Source: Sarea resinae (lineage: Eukaryota). From it: a stretch of 64,000 bases of DNA. A program made the translations under genes and the position numbers. The stretch is taken from assembly GCA_026026165.1 (NCBI GenBank), contig JAPEUD010000031.1, positions 62,001 to 126,000 on the forward strand. The letters are read 5' to 3'. This document shows, in pieces, positions 25,308 through 37,623 of the stretch; the stretch's first letter is position 1, and every line of letters starts with the position of its first letter. The notes beneath the pieces are model-generated. The model saw only the letters and a list, made by a program, of their open reading frames with translations. It was not told the DNA's origin and did not search any database.

Positions 25308-25751
25308 GCTGGCGAGCACGATGAGTGATCGGAATGATTGTTTCTTGCGATGCAACACAGGCTCGTGAGGACAGTGATGATGGAATGCTGCACGCAAACG
25401 TAGCAATCGGGTAGACGCGATCGACTACTCTAGGTGTGTTGCTGTCTTATCGGGTGGGTTTGGATGATCAAGCATAGAGTACTTGGGGAATACCTGGGGG
25501 ATACCTGGATCACACGCGATATCGGCCGATCGGCAAGGTGTCTATCGAGTACTGACCCCACAACAAGGGTCTCTCTGCTCCCATGGGCCTCGCACCCCCA
25601 ACAACGACATAACGCAATGCCACCCAATCCGTACGCCATATCACCAAGTATACCATAGTAAGCGGATGATCATAGCTTGCCCTCCTATCTCTCGACGGTC
25701 AGCTCTGCAGGTCCCTATCACCAACCTCACTCTCTCCGTTTCTCCATCCCC

Positions 25752-26889
25752 ATGGCCCTCACCGCACTCCTCAAACCCACTCCACGACTCCCCATCACGA
25801 GAGTCATTCAGAGAACCCTCTCACAATCCACGAGGATGGCCTCTACTCACCGCTCGTTGTCAACGTACGTCGTCCACCCGCCCGAACTCCACGCCGCCCT
25901 CTCCAATCCTCCTCCCGAACCCTCACGCATCATCCCCCTCTGTGCATCCTGGTTCATGCCAAACTCGCCGCTCACCGGGCCGTCCGTCTTTGCTCGCTCC
26001 CGCCTCCCCTCCGCCCGCTTCTTCGACCTCGACACAATCAAAGACCCGCACTCGCCCTACCCGCACATGCTCCCCTCGGCCACCGATTTTGCCGCCGCCA
26101 TGTCCGGCCTCGGCATAACACCCCAGGACACGCTCGTCGTTTACGACAGTGCGGAACAGGGCCTCTTCAGCGCCCCGCGCGTGGGCTGGACCCTGCGTGT
26201 CTTCGGCCACCCGCACGTGCACCTCCTAGATAACTTCAAGACCTGGGTCGCGCAGGGCTACCCGGTCGATGACGGCGCCCCCGACGAATCATTCGAGAAG
26301 ACAGCCTACCCGGTCCCAGAACTCGACGCCGAAAAAGTCGTCTCCTTTGACGAGATGCGCGACATCGCCCTCGCCGCCACCGCCTCTCCCAACGACGCCC
26401 AGATTCAGATCCTCGACGCACGCGGCCAAGGCCGCTGGGCAGGCATCGACCCGGAACCGCGGCCCGGCCTGAGCTCGGGGCATATCCCGTCGTCGCTCTC
26501 GGTGCCGGTGCTGGACCTGCTAGACCCGGAGACCAGGATGCTTCTGCCGGCCGCGAAATTGCGCGAGGTGTTTGCTGCCAAGGGCGTCGACCCCAGCCGG
26601 CCGATCATCAGTAGTTGCGGCACGGGCGTCACGGCGGCGGTGATTGATGCCGCGCTGGAGGTGGCTGGGTATGGGGATGACTCTGGGCACGGGAAGAGGA
26701 GGCTGTTTGATGGTAGTTGGACGTGAGCTTTTCCTTTCTCTCTCTCTCTCTCTCCAGGCCCACCACCGCCACAAAAGGAAACTCTTGCACACAGTCAAAT
26801 AAACACCCCACTAACGTTCGTCCTTTTCCCCCAGAGAATGGGCCCAACGCGCCACCGAAGCCGAAGGCCTGATCCAGAAATCCAAATGA
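25752..26889 (+). CDS. TUM1: Tandem rhodanese: 3-mercaptopyruvate/thiosulfate sulfurtransferase, with probable mitochondrial presequence
   Basis: FFDLDTIKD...PHMLP, APRVGWTLRVFGH, LDARGQGRW...EPRPGLSSGHIP, active-site loop CGTGVTA, LFDGSWT|EWAQR. Confidence 0.9.
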
Positions 26890-27713
26890 AACTTCATCTT
26901 CATCTCTACCTCTACCTCCGTCTCTTACAACGGATCTCATCACCATGTCATCTCCCATCTCGCTGTCAGACACCGCACTCTACGCTCTCGAGCCGTGCAA
27001 GTCGCAATGAAAAGCTAGAGCGAGGTGGTAGGTACTTTCAGTGCCATCCTGTCCGCCCGCGCGCCCGCCTTCTCAAGGACACGATAAGAAAACCCAATAT
27101 AGCAGGCTGAATGACTACAATGAACATGAGCTTTTCCCCACTTCAGCTCTAGTATAACAACAGCATTAGCATCAGCATCAGCATCAATGTCTCGGAAGAT
27201 AACCTTCACCAGAACTTTCATCGTATCACCCCACGAGAATTGTCTTCTGGTCAAGTTTGGAAGGCTTTATCCGCTCTCGTCGGTCTCCAGTCTCTTCATC
27301 TCATGCAAAGCCAAAAAGTAGATGAAAAAGAATAAACGGTAGCATAAGCACAAGTACGAAGGCAAAGATACAAATGCAGAGTACCGAGTATCGAAATACA
27401 GTAGAACGCCCACCCTTCCAGGCTTGCAGCTTGCCGGCAGCTCTGTATGCTCAATGTATTCTAAAGTAAACGCCAACGCCAAAGGCAGGGCACGACCGTA
27501 GCCCTGTTCTATTTATCCACAGCCGTTTCGGTTCGTGTCGTATCGTATATTCTCATATCGTATCGGATCGTTGAGACAAAAGACAAGAGAGGCAAAAGGT
27601 GTTGCGACAGAAATAAGACGCGAGGCAAGAGACGGTGGAGAGATGCAAGGGGTATCTGATAATTACTCCAAAACCCGCGAGAGAGATGGAAAGAGAGCGC
27701 ACGATCTTGAACT

Positions 27714-30311
27714 TCATCTCTCCCGTCCACCAACGACCAGTCTCCTCAATTCAAGCATGTCGGCTCTGAGGACGGCGATCTCCGAGCGGAGATCCTGGAT
27801 GCAGGAGCAATGGTCGTGTTCATGTTCATATTCATGATCACGCTGATGCTGATGTGGAAATTCGGAGCATGAAATGTGCTCCGTTTCAGGAGATCCATGA
27901 CGGTGGCGCGAGGCTTTTGGGTGCCTGGGATGTGGAGTGGCGTTGCTGTTGCTGTTGTGAGTTGGGTGGAAGGACGCGTCACCTTCGTCGTGGATGATGA
28001 CGCTGGTGTCCATTTCTTCAGGAAGAGGAGAGGAAGAGGATGAAGGAGGTGGTGTGAAAGCGACCATTTTCCTGCTCCTCGTCTCTCTTCCACTGTTCAT
28101 CCCTTTCTCCTTCTTCCCTTTTGCCTCGTTTGAGGTCGAGGTCGAGCTAAGCCATATATCGCCCTGCGTTGCCGCTTCCCTGTCTCCTACTACGCCTCCA
28201 ACATCTTCACTACCGCCCTTTACGCCATCAGCGCCGCCGACGTCATTTCCTGGGCGCGGTTTGGGCCTTGTGATCTCGGGTCGTTGATTAGTCGAGGGGC
28301 CGGACGAAGGAGGTGGGGTGCCCCTCATGACGTTCCGCCGCATGTAGGGCGCGAAGAGTGCGAGGCCTTTTGCAGGCTGTGGGTCTTGCCGCGTTCGCGT
28401 TCGTGGCCGAGGTTGAGCAGGATTGGTGTCCTTTTGACGCTTTGCAGGATTGATTGGTGAATGGCCGGTGGAGCGCCTAGATGCGAGTGTCTTTCGGCGA
28501 GGAATGGTATCGGTTGAACGTGAGGAACTGGGTCTGTCCTGGTCATATGAAGAAGATTGAGGCTCTGCTGCAGCTACAGGAGACTGTCCGTCTGAAGGAC
28601 CGAGCTTGGGGGCGGGCTGAGCTTTGACTGGCGAAAAGAGATCCATGTAATTCGAAGTGTAGGGCTCGACAACGTCTTGCCAATCTATGTGGCGCGTCAC
28701 TGCTTCTGTAGTATCGTCGGTTTCACCAGTGACCGCATTTGCATTCGCATCCATTTTCTCGCCGGTGTCAACATCCGATCCTCCAGTGCCCTCCTGCTTG
28801 CTCTCTGCGTGCTCGTACGGTAATACTTCCTCGGAAATTCCTTCATTCTCCTCAATCTCGATGATTTCCTCAGTCACCTGGCGCCCGGCCGCGAGTACGG
28901 CTCCCAGGCTCTTGCGCTTCGGCTTAGGCTTGAAAGCAGTCTTTGCAGGTGATACGTCTGGTTCGAGTTCTTCCGTTGTATGAGATGCCGTCATCGAACC
29001 ATCGCTGACGCCCTTATGGAGTGTCTCCCCGGCACCCTCGACCCATTCGAGGTCCAAAATTCGACTCCCAACCTCGTCAATTATTTCTTCACCAAGCAAA
29101 TTCCCTGCTATATCGAAAAGAACAGCCTTTCCGTCTACTCGGCCCACGGCAACGAGACATTCCTTACCGGGAATTGACTCATTCCGACGAATACCCGGCC
29201 GTTTGCGTTCTCTTCCAACGCCTTGTCCTTTGTCTCGACTCTTCGCGGCTTGCTCGGGAGACAGCAGTACCGCTAAGCTGGTAGCCGGTTCACGGGCGTG
29301 CCACGACTTCAGTACTGCGCCTCTGTTTCTCTCACCTGCTGCAAAATCCACGAGATAACATTTCCCGTCCGCGCCAACGCTTACGGCTCTGGATCTGTGG
29401 CCGGGTAGGAAGGCTGCGGTCAGGATACTCTGGGATTTGGTTTTCCTCTCATCTAACGTTTCGTGTCCGTCCAGTTTAACATTGTGCATATTCGCTGCCT
29501 CGGGAGCATGCAATTTCTTCAAGCAGCCAACCTCTACATTATGTTCGCTTCCACGTTGGCTCCCTTTCCGGTCACTTATCCGCGTTGCGTCATATGCAGC
29601 TAGGGTGCCATCGGCAAAGGCAAGAAGGAAGACGTTTGCTCGCTCCGGATGGAACGTTGCCTGTACGACTGACGCCGAAGAAGCGCCAGGATGCAATACG
29701 TGAGGTGGAGTCTTTAGGGTGAGATTTTGGAGGAAGATGTTGGGCGGGTTGTCAGACGCTGAGACCAGCAGATGCGAAGTTGGCGAAAGTGCAAGCACTG
29801 TCGGTGGGGAAGGATGCGAATGTGAAAGGTCGAGCAGCTGTTCTTGTCGTAATGAGTAGGATTGGACCGAATTCTGGAGCGACGTCGTAAAGAATAGACT
29901 ATTTATATCATTGCCATATATGAGAAGGCAGATTCTACCCTATAGAAGTCAGCATGTTGCCCAATACGGCGAAGAGATCAAAAGTGCGCTCACGTTCAAC
30001 CCTTTCAGATTGTAGGTAGTGTCTGTCCCCTTCTGCAGATCATGCAGTACCACGGCCTGATCATCGGCCACCGCCAGCATCGAATTGCCATCTCCAAGCC
30101 TCTTGGTCGCAAGGATCTCGTTGGACTTGGACTCAAAAGCACGAGCGACACCCTTGGAGGTCCAAGTGTAGACGTGCTTGCGGGTGGTGATGGATAAATG
30201 GTGCGTGTCCGGCGGGCCAGATCTGGGACCGCCCACTTGTTCCACTTGTCTGACGGCGCTCTTCCTCCGTCGGGTCCTTGTCGGGACCGGCGGTCGTGAT
30301 GGGGGCGGCAT
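27714..30311 (-). CDS. WD40/beta-propeller protein with disordered middle and short C-terminal coiled coil, 2 exons
   Basis: Beta-strand repeats LAVADDQAVVLHDL, LALSPTSHLLVSASD, FHPERANVFLLAFADGTLAAYD, AVSVGADGKCYLVDF, VAVGRVDGKAVLFD; C-terminal IQDLRSEIAVLRADMLELRRLV. Confidence 0.75.
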
Positions 30312-30886
30312 GATCTGTCAAGATGAAGCAACTCTGCAAGTCTTTACTCGCTTTGCTTCATGTTACCTTTGGGATGGTGTGAACAAAGTAAACAATCAAA
30401 GCGAGGCGGCAGACCAAAGGAGGCTAGCATATAAGCTCGCTTACGTAATCCCATCTGACCCCAGGCAGGAACGCCATCTCGTAAGCGGCACTAGGGCCGA
30501 TCATTGGCAAGGTAATGCTGCGGGGCAGTGAACAGCGCCAGCCTCCAGCTGACAACAATATGAAAACAATCATGTTCGCAACGTGGGCAAACTTGGGTGT
30601 GGGCGTTGCTGACACCTGGCTTTCCCACGCCATGCCTACAGATAGAATGAACCTTGTGGTGGATTTAGGCAGCCGCGCAATACCCCCAGCTGGGGTGTTA
30701 TAAAATGGACTCGTCCGCTCTCCAACGGGACATTTATTTTCCTTGCATTGCTTCATATGACCGACATCGCTGCTCCCACATAGCTGTCATTCACTTTTGT
30801 CGTATATGAAAGTATTCGAGCCAAAACAAGTTCTCCAACATATCCCAACGACGGCCACCTGATCATCTTCGGGCTCATCTGCAAAC

Positions 30887-31748
30887 ATGACTTCAATACC
30901 CGATTCCAAGCCCACCTTGGCCTTCTTTGGCGCAACAGGCCTCTGTGCAAATGCCGCACTTGCCCAGACCATCAAAGCAGGATTCCATGCAACAGCTTGT
31001 AGGTACTTGCTACTGATATCTTCTTTCAGGCTCTGACATCTTGGGTACAGTGGTCCGCACACCCTCGAAATTGATAAAGCTCTTACTGGACCGTGGTCTG
31101 GAACAGTCAGTACTGGACGGCAATTTGACCATCATTCAAGGAGACGTCAAGGACGAGGCCACTGTCAAAAAAGCCCTCACGATCAACGGTCGATTGGTTG
31201 ATATAGTCATCTCCGGCGTCGGCGCCATCCCCAGTATTTCTTGGTCTTGGAACCCGATGAACATCATCGGACTCGGAGATGCCACCATCTGCGAGACTGC
31301 CACTCGTACGATCCTCTCTGCCATCTCGTCCATCATGAAAGAGAGCGTTTTGGTGGCAAAGCCGTTGATGCTGGTCATCAGTACTACGGGTATCTCCGAC
31401 TTCACACGAGACGTGCCGCTCGCCCTCCTTCCGCTCTATCGCCCACTCTTGGCTATCCCGCATAGAGACAAGAAGGGAATGGAAACTGCTCTAGCAGATT
31501 CGGTCAAGGGAAATCATGCACCGATCCGGGGCTTCATTGCAGTCAGGCCTACCCTGTTGACCGCGGGAGCAGGCTTGGGAGTGAAGAAGATCAGAACGGG
31601 ATGGGAGGATTTGGAAGGCGAAGGACCGGGCCCTGCCTTGGGATACTCGATCGCTAGAGAAGATGTCGGATCCTGGATCTTCGAGCACATTGTCCAGAAT
31701 CATGAGAGGGATCACTGGGCTGGAAAGATGGTCTCTTTGACTTCTTGA
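30887..31748 (+). CDS. NAD(P)-binding Rossmann-fold protein (atypical SDR, flavin-reductase-like), 2 exons
   Basis: TLAFFGATGLCA, intron, VRTPSKL, IIQGDVKD, VISTTG, HRDK..ME, AVRPTLL, GYSIAREDVGSWIF. Confidence 0.85.
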
Positions 31749-33172
31749 TGAGGTGGATGGGATCTACCATCTGGAACTGAAGATGGCGTTCTCGACACGA
31801 GAAGGCGATGTCCGTTTTTGATGCCTTTCATTGCTTGTTATCAGCGCATGGCCTTTAGAGAGTCATGTTCGTACCTAATTGTCTCGTGGTATTTCGTTTC
31901 ACCAAAGGGCCTTTTCACCAAAGGGCCTTGCTGCAAAGAGCCATGATGCTATTTTCACTTATTTCACACACAAAGCAAACAATACTGGAGCATCGGCGAA
32001 TCACAGTATCTGATGCTTTCAAAGCAATGGTTCTTGATTGTAGGACAATGTCGGGTACGGTAACCACGACTTCGATGAGCCGATTCTGCTCCCCGTCGGC
32101 GCCGCCGGCGCTAGGTTGTACGAGCAGGTTCCTCAACACCAGTTCGCGGTCAAATTCCCAGTGTCCTGGTACCTTTAGTCCCACATCTTTCTTTTTCCGC
32201 CCTCTGGCCTCCAAGGCTTCCGAGAAGAAGCGATCTTACATAATTGATGAAGAGTCGGAATCGTGAGATCTTGCGGAAAAAGAAAGGGACCTTCTTATCC
32301 GAAGAAAGATTGCATGAATTCCCTCTCGCAGGGATCGATAGAGGCTGGGCGGCGGCTACACCTGTGAAGGATGATTGGGTGCATGATGCATGAACGATCT
32401 CGCCGAAGCGAGGCTAAATGATCGTGTCCAGATCCCGGTCTCGATTCATGCGCAGGGAATGGACGCAGAGGACTACAGCTACCAAGAGGCGCTGCCTGGA
32501 CTTTGTTGATTTCGACCAATATCCCGTAGCATGATCTTAGCCGTCAGTCGCATTGGTGCTTTCATATGGGCGTATTCATGGCTTCTTGGTCTTCTCACCG
32601 CTGCCTATCAGTCGGCGCTGCTGGCCAAGGTAGTCGCCACAGCTGCGAGAGTGCTCGTAGTTGAAGCACATGATCTTGGACGCATTGGCATTGGCGTATT
32701 GCTGATTGCATCAATATCAAAGCGTGCGGGGAGCCTTCTTTCGCCCTTGACGTCTCAGATTCTCGCCATCCTTGACACTGCCATGTCTTTGCATTGAATC
32801 GTACGAGTTCGAGCTCGCCGTTATTCTGTCTTGGACATTGTCTTACCTCTTACGCTATCTATAATCCCCTTCTCCATGCTCATGCGTATACATCTCGTCC
32901 TTTCATTGACGAGTCTATCTTGATATGACTTGGCTCTCCGGTGACAGACCTGTCTGTCAAGCCTCAACCTTTATACTCCTTCAAAGAATTGATGCTTCTT
33001 ATGAGAGTCTGACCGCATCAACATACTCCCAGACTCTGTGGCCATAATTCTCCCTCGGGGCCACAAAGTCGGGGCCACAAAGTTATCACTCTATATGATC
33101 CAGTTCCAATAGATTCTGATCGGCCAACGATCGCTGCTTCTTCGACGACAACACCTACCTCGGACGATCAAG

Positions 33173-34311
33173 ATGCATTGGCGATTCTTCTCGATAAACG
33201 CTCTTCTCCTCAGCCAACTCTGTTCTTCGGCCTCCGCTTCTGGGCTACTTGAATTCATCGGCGACACATACCACGTCTATCACCAGCGAGATCCACAAAT
33301 CTCGAGTCAGCTGGGAAAAGTGGCTGACCCCGTCCTACACATCCTTGGCCGACGAGCTCCCTCCCCATCCGCAGCAGACCCATCTAGCCCAAGTAGATCG
33401 CCCGCCATGAACGATTCGAGTTCAAGCTTCAATACCTGGGAAACGCAGACGAATTTAGCATGCCTTGGAGCTCTGGGCAAATCAAATGGGAACGCATCTA
33501 GCTCCTCTGGGATAGCTCCTTGCTATAACATCTTTTCCCTGAACGATTCCACGGGCGCTTTCCAAGCAGAACTTCGCTTGTACAAGCTTTCTGCTCCGCG
33601 GGGCGATTGGGCCAACATCGATGCCGAGGATATAAGTCTTGATGTGAGGTATCAATCGCCATCCGTGTCGATAAGCATTGGGCCTCAGAAAAGAGACGAC
33701 ACCATTCTGTCCTGGATGCCCACGAAGATGCTGGAAGTACGTCATCTTCCAGCACCACAGTTATTTTCAAGCGTCGAGTTTGTCGGGCAGATCGGCAATA
33801 CCGCTATGAGTCCTAGCATGACCGCGTACGCCTGAATCTTCATCCCTCCCGTGCATTTGCTAATAGCGTCGAAAGTCCTCGGCTCAAATCTCTTCTCATC
33901 CCCAACATCACGCTCGCTGCAGCATCCCCCAATACTCGCACTTCCCTCAACACCACGCTCTCGCTGACGACAGCATCGTTTTTAGTCGGTGTCTTTGCCG
34001 AGCAGAATTCATTTACCTCTACGCTGTCGTCCCCAGTGGCAGCAGCAGAAGCGGCAAAAGCGACACCATTTGTTCTCCCGGGTACGAAGCTTGGCATTTT
34101 CCCCACTGGACTCATCATCACCAGCACTTGGGCAGGGATTTTCATCCTCGCGGTGGGATATGGGACGTACATGCGATATCAATTGCGACAGCAGTTCCGC
34201 CAGGGCAGGGAGATGTCTAGGGAGATGAACATTATCCATCATATGGGTGGCAGAAGGCATAGCGACGTGTCGATATTGTTAGCTAACGGAGCGGCCATGG
34301 GTCGAATATGA
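33173..34311 (+). CDS. Secreted, single-pass membrane protein of unknown function, 2 exons
   Basis: Signal peptide MHWRFFSINALLLSQLCSSASA, a Cys pair (ACL...PCYNI), C-terminal TM GLIITSTWAGIFILAVGYGT followed by basic residues. Confidence 0.75.
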
Positions 34312-35847
34312 ACGTCAAGAAGAAGGTAGGGACAGGTGCTTGCGGTCTGGGGCCTAGGGCTACGGATAGTCGTTGCTGATCGTGTTCGGCGTATGGTACT
34401 CGGAGCTTGGGGCTCGGCTACCCATTTGATAGGCGTCTTCGCTCCATGCACAAAGTTCCAAGTGGGCATGTCCTATCCTGGATGAATGCCGTGTCGTAGA
34501 TCTGTCTGCTATTAATATTTCGATGCCAGATCATCTGAAGAACTAGCAAACCGCCCTCGCGCCCATCGACGCATTCCGACCGTGCGATCCTATCCATCAA
34601 TTCTCCCTCCAAAGTCCGACGATGGATGGGTGTGTTCACGACTCTGGTCCGGTCTATTGGGTGTTTGGATGCAGATTAGGGTTGGAGATGGTGCCACGCT
34701 ATCGGCCAAATGTGGAGCCTTTACGACGCCGATCCGTCCCATCGGCTCGTGGATGAACCAACGACGATTTGAGGTTCTTGTGGCTGCTGTCGCTGGCCTC
34801 GCTGGTGCTGGTGGTGCGCTGGTGCTGGTGGTGCCGCTGCTGCCCAACGAACACGGCCCTTTTGGGCCATTAGGGTGCCAATGAGGTCGCTGCCTTTTCT
34901 TCCTAGGCGGTTCGCCTCAGGACTCCGGGCTATTTCTTGACGAGATACCGCTGACATGCGACCACCTGAAAACGCCGCAAGTCAGTCACGGCTTTACACA
35001 TGGCATTCGACGCATTGGGTGCATTGGATGCACGGAACGCATGAATCGCTCTCCAGCTCTTCATGCCGATGCTTCTAGTAGTCCGTATCTGCCTCTGACT
35101 TCAAGTACTCTGGTCTGGAGTAGGGTTTGGTGGGGTCAGGACGGGATGGAAAAGGTTAGCGATCCGTGTATCTGCTGTAATTGCTACTGCAACATTAAGA
35201 CACGGTCGGCCAGCGCATCATCGTCTACCTGGCATTTCCCTCGGTCCCTCCCTCACACACTCACGCTCACGCTCTCCTTCACTCACATTACGGTGAGGCG
35301 TCATGCATTGGCGGCCCGATCCATCCCTACCACGTCGTGACCTGAGAAATTGGCCGGACGGCACAATAATAATACAGTAGGTAATCAATCACAGATGGCC
35401 TTCAACCCAACCAACTTTGCTCATCTCTTCTCTTTCCTTCTCTCTAGATGATCGCTCGTGATCCTTGGCCGGAAGCTTTCCATCTTTTGTATCTTGATCT
35501 CGTCTTACGTTGACCTCACTTACGATTTACGATCACAAAGTCACTAATCACACCTAACGACCCACCATCGACACTATTCGTCCTCGGCCTCAAAGCCTCG
35601 AGCCTCGAGCCTCGAGCCTCTCGTCCGTCTCTTTCACTGCTTCGTTCTTCAGCGTCCGTCGTCTGGTCTGCCTGCCTGGGTGTCGCACCGCACCGCATTG
35701 CATCGCCTGATTCGCATCCTATTCCTTGTAGCAGATCTTGTTCGCTCATCTTCGGTCCGGCACTTGATTTCTGTTATGATACCATCTAGAGTTGTCGCTT
35801 CATAGCCACCTTTATCGCCATAGTCCTAGTTACAGCAGAGGGAAACA

Positions 35848-37623
35848 ATGGCAACTACACCGAGTCCTTCAAGCCCACCCGTATGGCGTTGGCCCAGCTC
35901 ATCCGCCTCACCACAAGTCCCCTCAAATAAACCCGCTCTCCAGCATGCCGCATCGATGGCCGTTTTGAACTCGGGCTCTTCGGCCTGGCAGTGGCCGCGG
36001 GATCCTGTCTCCCCAAACTCGCCCGAATCCACCAGCCGTGAGGCCACGCCCGTCCCACAGAATAGAAACCCTTGGTCGAATGCATCGTCGTCGCCGAATC
36101 CGTCTCCTCCTACCACCCCGAGCAAGACTCCTCCAGCTAGTCCTCATACCTCGAGCAAGGTCACTCCCCTCAGTCCTGTCCACCCACGTCCCATCCATCC
36201 ACCTTTCGCAGTTCCTCGTACACCCTTCATGCCTATTGTTCCCCCATCACCCGCGCCGTCCGAGTGGTCCACATCCTCTCCAACCCCAATACCAAATCCA
36301 GCGCTACAACGCTCTCAGGGCATTGCGTCTCCATCCGTGCTGTGCAATTCTATCCTTACTCCGACATTGATCTCCGATCTGAAACTTACGTTTCCAAGGC
36401 TGTTAGCCATACAAGGCTGGGACCGGCCCACAGCTGAGATATGTTATATTTGGGCGCTGAGGAATCCGCGAGTGGCTCTGCTGCTGTATATGACGGACAA
36501 TCTAGTCTCGTGGCCCGTGGCATCAATCTTCTCGCCATTGGACGACAGCATGCTGCCGTTCTCTGAAGCGGACCTTGCTGGTGTCGTTTCGGATATCCAG
36601 AATGTCCTCGATCATCAATGGCGGGCCATGGTACGCGCCTTGCCCCAGAACGGGGAGCACGTTGAAATCACAGCCAAGGAGGCCCTGCCGTTGAAAAGGA
36701 TGGAAAAGGCCAGTGAGGATCTGGACAAGGTTCGTTGGTTAGGGAGCCACCAGGAGCGCACTTATGCACGAAAAGTCATCACTTGTGCGCAACCGGGGCA
36801 GAAGGCCACCGTCCTGGGACACGTCCAAAGATTCAAGCGGCTCAACCATGACAACATCGTGAAGATCATCTGCACGTACGCGCAAGGAAATACGATAGGC
36901 GTTATATATACGCCGCTGACCGAATGCAATCTCGAAGAGTACCTTCAACTACCCATCCCGAGTACCAAACGGGACTTGCTGAGAAGCTGGCTTGTGGATC
37001 TGGTCAGTGCGATGGAGCATATCCACGCGGCAGACATCCGGCACCAGGACATTCGCCCTGGAAAAATCCTCGTCGATGGTGACCATATTTGCTTTGCAGG
37101 ATTTGGCCTCTTGAAAGATTCCACCAATGGCGACCAGCCGACCACGGCCACGAGGATCCCAGGTCAGAAAAGTTACATATACGCGGCACCCGAAGCGCTC
37201 ACTCGCAACCGGCTACACCGACCAGCTGACATCTTTTCTCTTGGCTGCGTCTTTGTTGAGATGATGACGGTCGCGCGTGGCCGTACTGTGGAATCGTTCC
37301 GCAGCTTTCGCACCACGAACAACGACTCCAGCTTCCACTCCCACCTCGATCGTGTCTCGGCGTGGATACAGAGACTGGAATCGGGACAACAGCGACATTC
37401 ACACGATGCGGACCTTGCCGTTGATGCCATGGCGCTGTCTTTCATCTCTCCCATGCTGGCAGTAAATCCGTCGGCTAGACCGAAAGCTCGACAGCTGGCG
37501 ACGTCCATCTCGGGGTGGAATACTTGGCGCATGGCTCAAAAGCAAGGTGGTGACGGAGACGGATTTCTTGGTGGACGGTGGGGAGAGCCCGCGGGATCAG
37601 AGGGCTACTATAGTCGGTATTAG
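35848..37623 (+). CDS. Protein-kinase-like protein (probable pseudokinase) with Pro/Ser-rich N-terminus
   Basis: LNHDNIVKIICTY, IRHQDIRPGKILV, CFAGFGL, YAAPE, ADIFSLGCVFVEM, ML...P..RP. Confidence 0.85.
   Translation: MATTPSPSSPPVWRWPSSSASPQVPSNKPALQHAASMAVLNSGSSAWQWPRDPVSPNSPESTSREATPVPQNRNPWSNASSSPNPSPPTTPSKTPPASPHTSSKVTPLSPVHPRPIHPPFAVPRTPFMPIVPPSPAPSEWSTSSPTPIPNPALQRSQGIASPSVLCNSILTPTLISDLKLTFPRLLAIQGWDRPTAEICYIWALRNPRVALLLYMTDNLVSWPVASIFSPLDDSMLPFSEADLAGVVSDIQNVLDHQWRAMVRALPQNGEHVEITAKEALPLKRMEKASEDLDKVRWLGSHQERTYARKVITCAQPGQKATVLGHVQRFKRLNHDNIVKIICTYAQGNTIGVIYTPLTECNLEEYLQLPIPSTKRDLLRSWLVDLVSAMEHIHAADIRHQDIRPGKILVDGDHICFAGFGLLKDSTNGDQPTTATRIPGQKSYIYAAPEALTRNRLHRPADIFSLGCVFVEMMTVARGRTVESFRSFRTTNNDSSFHSHLDRVSAWIQRLESGQQRHSHDADLAVDAMALSFISPMLAVNPSARPKARQLATSISGWNTWRMAQKQGGDGDGFLGGRWGEPAGSEGYYSRY

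Noticed and set aside
31865..32800. Short ORFs on both strands between the reductase and the secreted protein
   Set aside because: No recognisable motif and no consistent splice model.
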